A model generated the notes under the pieces. That model saw nothing but the letters and a program-made list of their open reading frames with translations, was not told the DNA's origin and searched no databases. Shown here piece after piece: positions 18,245-26,487 of a DNA stretch of 32,000 nt. The number at the start of each line of letters is the position of its first letter. The stretch's first letter is position 1. The translations under genes and the position numbers were made by a program. This DNA is from Aeropyrum pernix K1 (GTDB lineage Archaea > Thermoproteota > Thermoprotei_A > Sulfolobales > Acidilobaceae): contig NC_000854.2 in assembly GCF_000011125.1 (NCBI RefSeq), forward strand, positions 1,500,001 through 1,532,000, given 5' to 3'.

Positions 18245-18790
18245 GTGCCTGATGGCGGGAAGAAGCTCCCTGGTACATACCTGAGCGAGAAGGATCTCAG
18301 GGCCCTCCCGGGCCTGGTGGAGCATACTCCCGACGCCAAGTACATGTTCTCCGCTGGCCAGGCTCAGAGCAGGTTCCTGCAGGGCCTCAGGGAGGGGAAG
18401 ATACTTGGCGTCAAGTGCCCGCGCTGCGGAAGAGTCTACGTGCCACCAAGGAGCTACTGCGAGTACTGCTTCGCCCCTACTGGAGAGTGGGTTGAGGTGA
18501 GCGGTGAGGGGGAGGTCCACACGGCTGTGGTGAGCTATATATCGACTTTTAGGGAGAGGATGGAGAAGCCCGAGATAATAGCTGTGGTGAGGCTCTACGC
18601 TCCAGGCTACACTGGGAAGAGAGATGAGTACGAGTTCCCCGGTATGTTCCACAAGCTCTGCGGCGTGAGCGAGGAAGACGTCAAGACTGGAAGGGTGATA
18701 GGGATGAGGGTTAAGCCTAAGTGGAGGCCCCCTGAGGAGAGGATAGGCAGCGTCACCGATATAGAGTGTTTCGAGCCCGTGAAGAGCTAG
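18245..18790 (+). CDS. DUF35 OB-fold / Zn-ribbon protein (thiolase-associated)
   Basis: 181 aa. FLQGLREGKILGVKCPRCGRVYVPPRSYCEYC (four-Cys rubredoxin-like ribbon) followed by an OB-fold region (GEVHTAVV...). GGGGGTGG lies 6 nt before GTG 18245. Confidence 0.8.
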   Translation: MPDGGKKLPGTYLSEKDLRALPGLVEHTPDAKYMFSAGQAQSRFLQGLREGKILGVKCPRCGRVYVPPRSYCEYCFAPTGEWVEVSGEGEVHTAVVSYISTFRERMEKPEIIAVVRLYAPGYTGKRDEYEFPGMFHKLCGVSEEDVKTGRVIGMRVKPKWRPPEERIGSVTDIECFEPVKS

Positions 18791-18794
18791 GGGG

Positions 18795-19268
18795 GTGGTC
18801 GTGGTGAACGCCCAGTGGAGTAAGAACCCGTGGAACGTGTACAAGTTCCCGGGAAGGATGGAGGTTGAGAAGTACGTATACACCCCGGGGCTGCACGGGC
18901 TAGAGTTCGCCAAGGCGTTGAAGGAGGGCAGGATAGTTGGGACGAAGTGTGGGGACACGGTGTATGTGCCCCCGACAACCTTCTGCCCCGACATGAGCAG
19001 GGGTGAGGTGGCCGAGGTCCTGGGGCCCTGGTATATCGAGTCTTATACTATAGTGTACGAGAGCCTGGACGGCAAGCCTCTGGAGAAGCCGGTCGTCATC
19101 GCGGTTATCGCTCCGGAGGATGCGGAGGGCGCTCTAGTCCACTACGTAGACGCCGACCCCGACGAGGTTTACATAGGCATGCCTGTGGAGCCCGTGTTCA
19201 AGCCTCCAGAGGAGAGGAGCGGAAACATACTGGACATACTACACTTCAAACCCACAGCCCAGTCATAA
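18795..19268 (+). CDS. DUF35 OB-fold protein paralog with a degenerate Zn-ribbon
   Basis: FAKALKEGRIVGTKCGDTVYVPPTTFCPDM keeps only 2 of the 4 ribbon cysteines. An OB-fold-like C-terminal half follows. The start is probably GTG 18801 or 18804, downstream of GGGGGTGG (18791-18798). Confidence 0.7.
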   Translation: MVVVNAQWSKNPWNVYKFPGRMEVEKYVYTPGLHGLEFAKALKEGRIVGTKCGDTVYVPPTTFCPDMSRGEVAEVLGPWYIESYTIVYESLDGKPLEKPVVIAVIAPEDAEGALVHYVDADPDEVYIGMPVEPVFKPPEERSGNILDILHFKPTAQS

Positions 19269-19403
19269 ACCCTGGAAGCCTCCCCCCAACTCACCACATT
19301 TTAAACCCTCCACCCTATTCTACCCTACACCTGGAGCTCCTCCTAAGAGGGAGCGTACCCCTGGTTCCCGCCCGCAGGCTGCTCGGCGGGGGAGTGGTGC
19401 GTC

Positions 19404-21938
19404 TTGAAGAGCAGGGTGGAGATAGAGCGAGAGGCTATCGAGGTGCTGAAGGATCTCAACAAGGCCGCCGGACCAGGGTTTACAAGGCTGGTGAGGCTTG
19501 TAGGCGCCGCCCTGAGGGCGGCGATACCTAAGAGGCATAGGGTGATGGTAGTCATCAGCGGCTCCGACCCTGTAAGGGTGGGCGCTGGCACCGCCAGGCT
19601 CCTCCTCTACTTTGAGAGGGTTTACCGCAGGACCGTTGAGAGGAGGCCCCTCAAGGTGCTCTACATGTTCCACGACGAGTTCGACGACGCCAGGCTCAGG
19701 AAGGAGATTGTGAAGAGGGCTGTCAAGGAGAAGGGGAGCATGCTAGAGCAGGTTACCGCTAGGTACGAGGAGAGCGACAGGTACTTGGGGACAACGTTCC
19801 AGGCGCTCGTCCTGGACCTGACCAACGATCTAAAGCCTAACGACGTGGGGAGGCTGGTGGAGGTTGTCGAGGGAGGCGGCCTCATAATACTGCAGGCGCC
19901 CTCCTGGGAGAGGTGGGACACGGCTCTCACGCTCTTCAAGAAGAACCTCCTGGTCCCGGGGCATGAGGAGCCCAGGCACATATTCATTTCCTGGTTTAAG
20001 AGGAAGCTCCTCGAGCATAACAGGGGTATCATAGTCTACGACGCCGACTCCAGGAAGATACTGAGCGGGGAGCCCGAGGATCCGGGAGAATACAGGAGGC
20101 GGGAGCCCAAGCCTCCCAAGAAGAGCCTCTTCCCGCCGGAGGTCTACAGGCTGGCGCTCACGCAGGACCAGCTTGAGGCGGTCAGGCTGATGGAGTGGCT
20201 CTACGACAAGCCGCCTCGTGGTAGGAAGAAGATGATTGTGATAACGGCCGATAGGGGGCGGGGGAAGAGCAGTGCACTCGGCATCGGCCTGGTTGCCCTG
20301 GCCCACGAGCTTGGCAAGGTTAAGCATAGGGTGAGGATCATAGTGACCGCCCCTAGCCCGAGCAACGTCCAGAGCCTCATGGAGCTGGCTATAAAGACCG
20401 CCGAGACTCTGGGCTTGGAGCCGAAGCCCGTCAGGAGGGGGGGCCGGATAATAGAGGTTCAGGGGAGGAAGTTCAGCCTCGAGTACTGGGAGCCGGCCAC
20501 CGTTGTGAGGCTCCAGGGGGACATAGTGGCGGTTGACGAGGCAAGCGGCATACACGTACCCCTCCTCCACAAGATATGGAGGGCGCATAGGAGGCTCGTG
20601 TTCTCGGCCACGATACACGGCTACGAGGGCGCGGGCAGGGGCTTCAACGTAAGATTCCTCTCCGCCGTGAAGAAGAGCGGCGACACCATCATAAGGGAGT
20701 TCAAGATGGAGGAGCCCATTAGGTATGCCCCCGGCGACCCGATAGAGAGATGGCTCTACAACACCCTACTCCTAAACGCAGAGCCGGCGGAGCTCGACGA
20801 GGACGACCTGAGGGATATAAGGGAGGGGAGGCTCGAGTACCTCAGGCTCGACCCCCAGTGGCTGTTCAGCCCCGAGGGCGAGGAGACGCTGAGGCAGCTT
20901 TTCGGCATCTACGTGCTCGCCCACTACAGGAACGAGCCCGACGACCTGGGGATGCTGGCGGACGCCCCTCACCATAGCATAAGGGCTGTGAGGACCGCGG
21001 GTAAGGGCAAGATAGTTAGCGCAGCCCAGGTTGCGGAGGAAGGCGGCCTGGGGGAGGAGCTCATAGACAGGCTGCTTAGGGGGGAGAAGATAGCGGGCAA
21101 CATCATACCCGACAGGATGCTCAAGCACGCCAGGATAAGGGAGTTCGGCAGGATGGTGGGATGGAGGATAGTTAGGATAGCCACCCACCCGGAGGTCCAG
21201 GGCCGGGGTATTGGTAGCTGGCTCCTGGAAAGGCTCTACGAGGAGAGCGTCGAGAGGGGCTACGACTGGCTGGGCAGCGGCTTCGGCATAAACGAGCAGC
21301 TCCTAAGGTTCTGGCTCAGGAACGGCTTCCTAGTGCTCCACCTCAGCCCTGATAGGAACCCGGTGAGCGGAGAGTATACGAGCCTGGTCATGAAGCCCAT
21401 AACCGGCAGGGCCAGGGCGGCGATAATGATAGCGGCTAGGGAGTTCAAGCTGAAGCTCCTCAACAGCCTCCACGACACCTACAGGGATATGGAGCTTGAG
21501 GACGCTATGCTCCTCCTCGAGATGGAGCCGAGGGCTCTGGAGCCGGGTTACAGGCCCAGGCTCACCAGGATACAGCTTGACAGGCTGTGGATATACAACT
21601 ACGGGCCCATGACCTACGAAGCCGCGACAGACGTTATACACGAGCTGGCTATGGCGTATTGGAAGATGGAGCCAGAGGCCAGGCCGAGGCTAGGCGATCT
21701 GGAGAGGAGGGTTCTCGTCGCCAAGGTACTGCAGGCTAAGAGCTGGGGCGAGGTGGCCCAGGAGCTGGGGGTCAGGGAGCACAAGGTCATGACAACGCTT
21801 AAAGAAGCGGTCAGGAGAATGTCCCGGGAGCTCTTCGGCCTCGCCGAAGACTCTAGAGTCGGGGTGGAGCTGCATGAGCTTGGCCAGCATGGGGAAGGGG
21901 AGCTGCGAGATATACAGGCTGGACCCAGAGAGGCCTGA
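19404..21938 (+). CDS. tmcA: tRNA(Met) cytidine acetyltransferase TmcA (Kre33/NAT10 homolog)
   Basis: 844 aa. The N-terminal HRVMVVISGSD is DUF1726-like. The helicase P-loop is ITADRGRGKSSALG. The GNAT region is RIVRIATHPEVQGRGIGSWLL. A C-terminal tail domain follows. TTG start. Confidence 0.9.
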   Translation: MKSRVEIEREAIEVLKDLNKAAGPGFTRLVRLVGAALRAAIPKRHRVMVVISGSDPVRVGAGTARLLLYFERVYRRTVERRPLKVLYMFHDEFDDARLRKEIVKRAVKEKGSMLEQVTARYEESDRYLGTTFQALVLDLTNDLKPNDVGRLVEVVEGGGLIILQAPSWERWDTALTLFKKNLLVPGHEEPRHIFISWFKRKLLEHNRGIIVYDADSRKILSGEPEDPGEYRRREPKPPKKSLFPPEVYRLALTQDQLEAVRLMEWLYDKPPRGRKKMIVITADRGRGKSSALGIGLVALAHELGKVKHRVRIIVTAPSPSNVQSLMELAIKTAETLGLEPKPVRRGGRIIEVQGRKFSLEYWEPATVVRLQGDIVAVDEASGIHVPLLHKIWRAHRRLVFSATIHGYEGAGRGFNVRFLSAVKKSGDTIIREFKMEEPIRYAPGDPIERWLYNTLLLNAEPAELDEDDLRDIREGRLEYLRLDPQWLFSPEGEETLRQLFGIYVLAHYRNEPDDLGMLADAPHHSIRAVRTAGKGKIVSAAQVAEEGGLGEELIDRLLRGEKIAGNIIPDRMLKHARIREFGRMVGWRIVRIATHPEVQGRGIGSWLLERLYEESVERGYDWLGSGFGINEQLLRFWLRNGFLVLHLSPDRNPVSGEYTSLVMKPITGRARAAIMIAAREFKLKLLNSLHDTYRDMELEDAMLLLEMEPRALEPGYRPRLTRIQLDRLWIYNYGPMTYEAATDVIHELAMAYWKMEPEARPRLGDLERRVLVAKVLQAKSWGEVAQELGVREHKVMTTLKEAVRRMSRELFGLAEDSRVGVELHELGQHGEGELRDIQAGPREA

Positions 21939-22977
21939 CAGGAGGGCTATAGAGAGGGCGGCCGAGGTCCTGAGGCGAGGGGGGCTGGTGGCGTTCCCGA
22001 CGGAGACTGTCTACGGCCTGGGGGCTGACGCCCTGAACCCGAGGGCCGCCGCAAGGATATTTGAGGTGAAGGGGAGGCCCCCCGACAACCCCCTGATAGT
22101 ACACGTGTCCAGCCTGGAGATGGCCAGGACTGTGGCCGAGATCCCTGGTAAGGCTCTTAGACTTGTAGAGAAGCTCTGGCCAGGACCCCTGACGCTCGTG
22201 CTGCCGAGGAAGCCTGTAGTGCCGGATATAGTCACAGCTGGCCTAGAAACCGTGGCCGTGAGAATGCCCGCCCACAAGGTTGCCCTAGAGCTGGTGAAGG
22301 CTGCTGGCAGGCCTGTTGCGGCGCCGAGCGCTAACCCCAGCGGGAGGCCCAGCCCAACAAGTGGAGAGCATGTAATAAGGGATCTTGACTGCATGGTCGA
22401 CGTCATACTGGACGCGGGGGAAACCTACTTCGGCGTCGAGTCCACAATAATAGATCTAACGCGGACGCCCCCAGTGCTCCTAAGGCCCGGCCCAATACCC
22501 GTCGAGGTCCTTGAACGGCTGTTGGAGGAGAAGATACTCGTGCCCCCCGAGGCGCGAGGCCTGAGGGCCGCGGACAGGCCTCTGGCGCCGGGCATGAAGT
22601 ACAGGCACTACGCCCCCGACACTCCACTCATACTGGTGGACACGAGCCCTGGAGCTGTCGAGAGGATTGTTGAGGCTGCTGTTAGGGAGGTGGCGAGGGC
22701 CCGGGGGCTCCGGGTTGCCCTGGTCGGCCCCGACGAGCTTGTCGACGTTGTAGCCCTTCTTCTAAGGCTCCGTGGCGTGGAACCGGCGGCGATCTTCAGG
22801 CTGGGTCCTCTCGCCGATACTACTGTCGCCGCCAGGAGGCTGTTCAAAACCCTGCGCCGCATAGACGAGCTCGGCAACATCGATGTCGCCATAGTACTGC
22901 CGTTCCCGGAAAGGGGGATAGGCCTAGCTGTCATGAACAGGCTTAGAAAAGCAGCGTCTAGAAGGGTTGGAGCCTAG
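21889..22977 (+). CDS. sua5: L-threonylcarbamoyladenylate synthase Sua5 (YrdC domain + Sua5 C-terminal domain)
   Basis: AAEVLRRGGLVAFPTETVYGLGADA, FEVKGRPPDNPLIVHV and APSANPSGRPSPT. The long form is about 360 aa. ATG 21889 or ATG 21874. Both overlap the tmcA 3' end. Confidence 0.9.
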   Translation: MGKGSCEIYRLDPERPDRRAIERAAEVLRRGGLVAFPTETVYGLGADALNPRAAARIFEVKGRPPDNPLIVHVSSLEMARTVAEIPGKALRLVEKLWPGPLTLVLPRKPVVPDIVTAGLETVAVRMPAHKVALELVKAAGRPVAAPSANPSGRPSPTSGEHVIRDLDCMVDVILDAGETYFGVESTIIDLTRTPPVLLRPGPIPVEVLERLLEEKILVPPEARGLRAADRPLAPGMKYRHYAPDTPLILVDTSPGAVERIVEAAVREVARARGLRVALVGPDELVDVVALLLRLRGVEPAAIFRLGPLADTTVAARRLFKTLRRIDELGNIDVAIVLPFPERGIGLAVMNRLRKAASRRVGA

Positions 22978-23000
22978 AGTGATCCAGCCACAGCGGCAAG

Positions 23001-24383
23001 CTAGCCGCGGGCGACCCTCCTGGCTATATCCACTATGACACGGGCCACATCCACGGCGGTCCTACCGAGTATCCTCACCATAGGCTCCTTCCCCACTTCA
23101 CCCTCGTCATATATCACGTCCGGAAGCCTGCCGAGGCTCTCGTAAGCGCTCCTAAGCATCCAGGGGAGAGTCCCGCCTTCGCGAGCCTTAACGTCGGGCG
23201 GTTCAGCGCGCCTGTCACCTCTGTAGGTGAGGAGGCCGAGGTCCTCTGCAGCCCTTACTACATCCTTTGAATATTTGATGTTGCCCGCCGCCCGGATGTC
23301 GGGGTTAACGCTCATGGCTGCAAGGACCAGGCGGGCCATATGCCTCGAGGCTCCGAACTCCGGCTTACCCTTAAAGACCAGCCTCCCCATGTGGACCCCT
23401 ATCCTGCCCGGGAATGCAGCCACGTCCAAGGGGGTCCTGGCGTAGGGGTATGGGATGGCCATTGCAATGTTCATGAGGACCTCAGGAACTAGGGTGTGGA
23501 CAACGTCTTCAGCCTGCCTCAGAGTCTCCCCCGCCTTCTCTAGGTTCTCGAGGACCTCCCACCTACCAGCGGGTATTGCCTGCCAGGCCACAGGGTTTAC
23601 GGGGCCGTGGCCACCTCCTATCTCCAGCCCGTAATCTACGGCGACTGTTATGAACTTCTTGGCAACATCCACCGCCTCCTCCACGCTTCTCCCCTTCGCC
23701 AGCCCGGCGGCTATGGCGGCGCTGAAGGCGCAGCCCGTGCCGTGGGTTGTAGCCTTCTCTATCCTCCGCTCCTTGAAGAGCCTGTACTCCCCCCTGTGGT
23801 ATAGGACGTCCACCACGTACTCCCCCCTGAGGTGGCCTCCCTTGACGACAGCCGCCTCCGCCCCCAGCTCCTCTACTATGATCCTAGCCGCCTCCCTAGC
23901 TGTGTCGAGGTCTACGACCTTTACGCCGGTGAGGACCTCGGCCTCGGGGGCGTTCGGCGTTACAATTGTTGCACGGGGTATCACGAGTTTCTTCAACGCT
24001 TCCTCCGCCTCGGGCTTGAGCAGCCTGGCCCCGCTCTTGGCAACCATAACCGGGTCTACAACAAGGGGGAAGCCGTACTCGTCAACCACCTCGGCCACAG
24101 CCTTGATTATCCCCGTGTTGCTGAGCATGCCCGTCTTAGCGGCGTCCACCCCCAGGTCGTCGGCCACAGCCTCTACCTGGGCCTTCACAACATCTGGAGG
24201 CACGTCGTGTATAGCCCTGACCTCCATGGTGTTCTGGGCTGTAATGCTTGTTATGGCGGAGGCGCCGTGGACGCCCATGACGGCGAACGTCTTGAGATCG
24301 GCCTGTATACCCGCACCTCCACCGCTGTCGCTGCCCGCGATTGTAAGTGCGACGGGGATCCTAGTCTTCCTAACGGGGGGCAT
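23001..24383 (-). CDS. thiDN: Bifunctional HMP/HMP-P kinase + ThiN-type thiamine-phosphate synthase (ThiDN)
   Basis: The N-terminal ThiD half has LTIAGSDSGGGAGIQADLKTF and TGCAFSAAIAAGLA. The C-terminal ~190 aa is a ThiN-type domain, as in archaeal ThiDN. ATG 24383 follows GGAGGTG. The ORF track starts at GTG 24395. Confidence 0.85.
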   Translation of the reverse strand: MPPVRKTRIPVALTIAGSDSGGGAGIQADLKTFAVMGVHGASAITSITAQNTMEVRAIHDVPPDVVKAQVEAVADDLGVDAAKTGMLSNTGIIKAVAEVVDEYGFPLVVDPVMVAKSGARLLKPEAEEALKKLVIPRATIVTPNAPEAEVLTGVKVVDLDTAREAARIIVEELGAEAAVVKGGHLRGEYVVDVLYHRGEYRLFKERRIEKATTHGTGCAFSAAIAAGLAKGRSVEEAVDVAKKFITVAVDYGLEIGGGHGPVNPVAWQAIPAGRWEVLENLEKAGETLRQAEDVVHTLVPEVLMNIAMAIPYPYARTPLDVAAFPGRIGVHMGRLVFKGKPEFGASRHMARLVLAAMSVNPDIRAAGNIKYSKDVVRAAEDLGLLTYRGDRRAEPPDVKAREGGTLPWMLRSAYESLGRLPDVIYDEGEVGKEPMVRILGRTAVDVARVIVDIARRVARG

Positions 24384-24464
24384 AGACCAGCACACCTCCC
24401 GACCTTGATCCTGTGTTACTTTTTACGCTCTAGTAGTAAAGACTCTTAGCAAATACCCTGCGTG

Positions 24465-25121
24465 CTAGGGGAGGCCCAGCAAAAGCCCTCCCGCCAGGGA
24501 GGCGAGCACCGCTGCAGCAGCAGCCGCATCCCAAGCCCCAGGCCTCCGGACACCGCGAAGACCCCAGTTTCCACGCCTCTCCGCCGGTACCTTGGCGGCT
24601 ATGGCCTCAGCCAGCACAGCTGATGAAGTGAAGGCCGAGGCCAGGAGGGGCACTGCCAGGCCCGCCACCGCCCTCCACCCCCTAAGCCCCCTCCCCCTGA
24701 GGGCGTCGAGGGCCTCTAGCACCTGGCTGATGGAGGCGTCTGCCTGCCTTGCTATGAGTACGGGGAGAACGGCTATCCTGGGGCTAACCCCCATTGCCTC
24801 TAGGAGGCGCCGTAGCTCGTGGAGACCCACCATGGATAGGCTCCCGCTGGATGCCAGGGCTACCGAGAGGACTCTGAGGGAGGTGTCGACCGCAGTCTCT
24901 AGGCCGTGGAATATCCAGACTACAGCAACTGTCGGCACGGCCAGCCAGAGAACGAGGCCTGGGGCGCGGGTGAAGACCCCTCCCGCCAGTGCTAGGGAGG
25001 CGCCTAGGAGGGTTGCCGTTATGGGCTTGTCTAGGTATAATAGGGTGAAAACAGCGGCTATCGCTAGAACCGCTGTAACCGGGTGTAGCCTGGGCTTCAC
25101 CGCGTGACACCTAAAACGCAC
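24465..25121 (-). CDS. ecfT: ECF transporter transmembrane (T) component
   Basis: 218 aa hydrophobic protein directly downstream of, and overlapping, two ECF-type ATPase genes. It contains Arg-rich cytoplasmic helices (ELRRLLEAMG, ALRGRG). It is shorter than a typical EcfT/CbiQ. Confidence 0.6.
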   Translation of the reverse strand: MRFRCHAVKPRLHPVTAVLAIAAVFTLLYLDKPITATLLGASLALAGGVFTRAPGLVLWLAVPTVAVVWIFHGLETAVDTSLRVLSVALASSGSLSMVGLHELRRLLEAMGVSPRIAVLPVLIARQADASISQVLEALDALRGRGLRGWRAVAGLAVPLLASAFTSSAVLAEAIAAKVPAERRGNWGLRGVRRPGAWDAAAAAAVLASLAGGLLLGLP

Positions 25122-25801
25122 CTGGCAGTGCAGAGAGGGTCTAGACCCCGCTCCAGAGCAGCCTTAACCGCAGGCCCAGGCTCAAGCCCCAGACCGGTCT
25201 CCTCCGGTAGCATCCGTAGAACCCTCTCCATATCACCCGAAACCCTAACCCTGCCGTCCCTTAGGATGACGGCCCAGCCCGCCACGGCTGCAGCGAAATC
25301 TATGTCGTGGCCCGCAACGAGGACAGGCACGCCCAGCCTAGCTATGAGGCTTGCCAGCCACCTCTTCCCACTACCGTCCAGACCGCTTGTAGGCTCGTCG
25401 ATAACCACCGCCTCCGGCCCCCAAGATATGGCCATGAGGACTGAGAGTATCCTGGCCTCCCCCATGCTGAGCGTGTATGGACTCCTCTCCGAAGCGTACT
25501 CTAGTCCCGCCTCCCTCAGCAGCTTAAGCGCCTCTCCCCTCCCGCCCGCAGTCCTGGCGAGGTCCTCAGCCACTGTAGGGCCTAGGAAGCCTAGGTAGGG
25601 GTTCTGTAGCGCCGCCCCCACCCTCCTGGGCCCCTCGACGCTGCCCCTATCCGGCTTGAGCAGCCTTGCGGCGAGTTTTAGGAGTGTGGTCTTGCCGCTC
25701 CCGTTGGCTCCCAGAATGGCTGTTACGCCTCGGGGTATTGAGAGCGTCACATCCCTAAGCCTCCCCCTAACCGTCACCCCTCGGAACACCCATACTCGCA
25801 A
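25097..25801 (-). CDS. ecfA2: ECF/ABC transporter ATPase component (second ATPase)
   Basis: Walker A GANGSGKTT, signature LSMGE, Walker B VVIDEPTSGLD. Confidence 0.85.
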   Translation of the reverse strand: MRVWVFRGVTVRGRLRDVTLSIPRGVTAILGANGSGKTTLLKLAARLLKPDRGSVEGPRRVGAALQNPYLGFLGPTVAEDLARTAGGRGEALKLLREAGLEYASERSPYTLSMGEARILSVLMAISWGPEAVVIDEPTSGLDGSGKRWLASLIARLGVPVLVAGHDIDFAAAVAGWAVILRDGRVRVSGDMERVLRMLPEETGLGLEPGPAVKAALERGLDPLCTARCVLGVTR

Positions 25802-26487
25802 CCATCAACACCCCGCAGGCCGGGCTCCAGAATGCCCGCCAGGACCTCGACCGCCTCACCAGGCCCAAGCTGCTTGGCCCTTCCGTCGTACACGAGGTAC
25901 ACGCTGCTGGCGGCAGGCAGGAGATAGTGGACCCTATGCTCCGCCACAACCACTCCCTCAACGTCCAGCCTTCGCAGCAGCCTGATCAGGCTCTCAACCC
26001 CGAGGGGGTCCTGGTAGGCGAGGGGCTCGTCCATAAGCAGCACCTCGGCACCCAGCGCTAGGGCGCTTGCTATGGCGACCCTCTGCCTCTCTCCCGCGGA
26101 GAGTTTGGAGACCCTTCTGTCCAGGAGGTCCTCGATGCCGAGCTCCTCGGCGAGCCTCACAGCCTCCCTCCTAGCCTCCCAGGGCGGGAGCCCCGAGGCC
26201 TCGTAGCAGTACTCCAGCTCCTCCCTGGGTGTGAGCGAGAGTATGAAGAGATCGTAATCCTGGGGGACTAGCACGGGCTTACCACGGGCCTCCACCTCCC
26301 CTCTCAAATAACCCCCATATATCCTTGTGGCCAGCCCCGCGGCAACCCTTAGTATCGTAGACTTCCCGCCCCCCGTGGGGCCGGCGAGAAGCGTTATACC
26401 CCGGGGAGCCTCTAGGCTGACGCCCCTCAAAACCCACCCGCCACCAGGGTAGCGGTACCAAACATCCCTGAGGCGGACCACGCTCAA
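25774..26487 (-). CDS. ecfA1: ECF/ABC transporter ATPase component (first ATPase)
   Basis: Walker A GPTGGGKST, signature LSAGERQRV, Walker B LLMDEPLAYQD. TTG 26487 forms a TTGA overlap with the stop of the upstream P-loop gene. The ORF track extends to 26559. Confidence 0.85.
   Translation of the reverse strand: MSVVRLRDVWYRYPGGGWVLRGVSLEAPRGITLLAGPTGGGKSTILRVAAGLATRIYGGYLRGEVEARGKPVLVPQDYDLFILSLTPREELEYCYEASGLPPWEARREAVRLAEELGIEDLLDRRVSKLSAGERQRVAIASALALGAEVLLMDEPLAYQDPLGVESLIRLLRRLDVEGVVVAEHRVHYLLPAASSVYLVYDGRAKQLGPGEAVEVLAGILEPGLRGVDGCEYGCSEG

Noticed and set aside
17933-18994. 353-aa minus-strand ORF antisense to the second thiolase-like gene and both DUF35 genes. There are similar long antisense or alternate-frame ORFs elsewhere, for example 831..1301, 1313..1921, 3750..4388, 11734..12342, 19830..20618, 20772..21188, 23650..24408 and 29571..30173.
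   Set aside because: Each lies fully inside a gene with strong family motifs on the other strand or frame. Their translations are low-complexity and rich in Pro, Arg, Gly and Ser, as expected for stop-poor shadow frames in GC-rich DNA.
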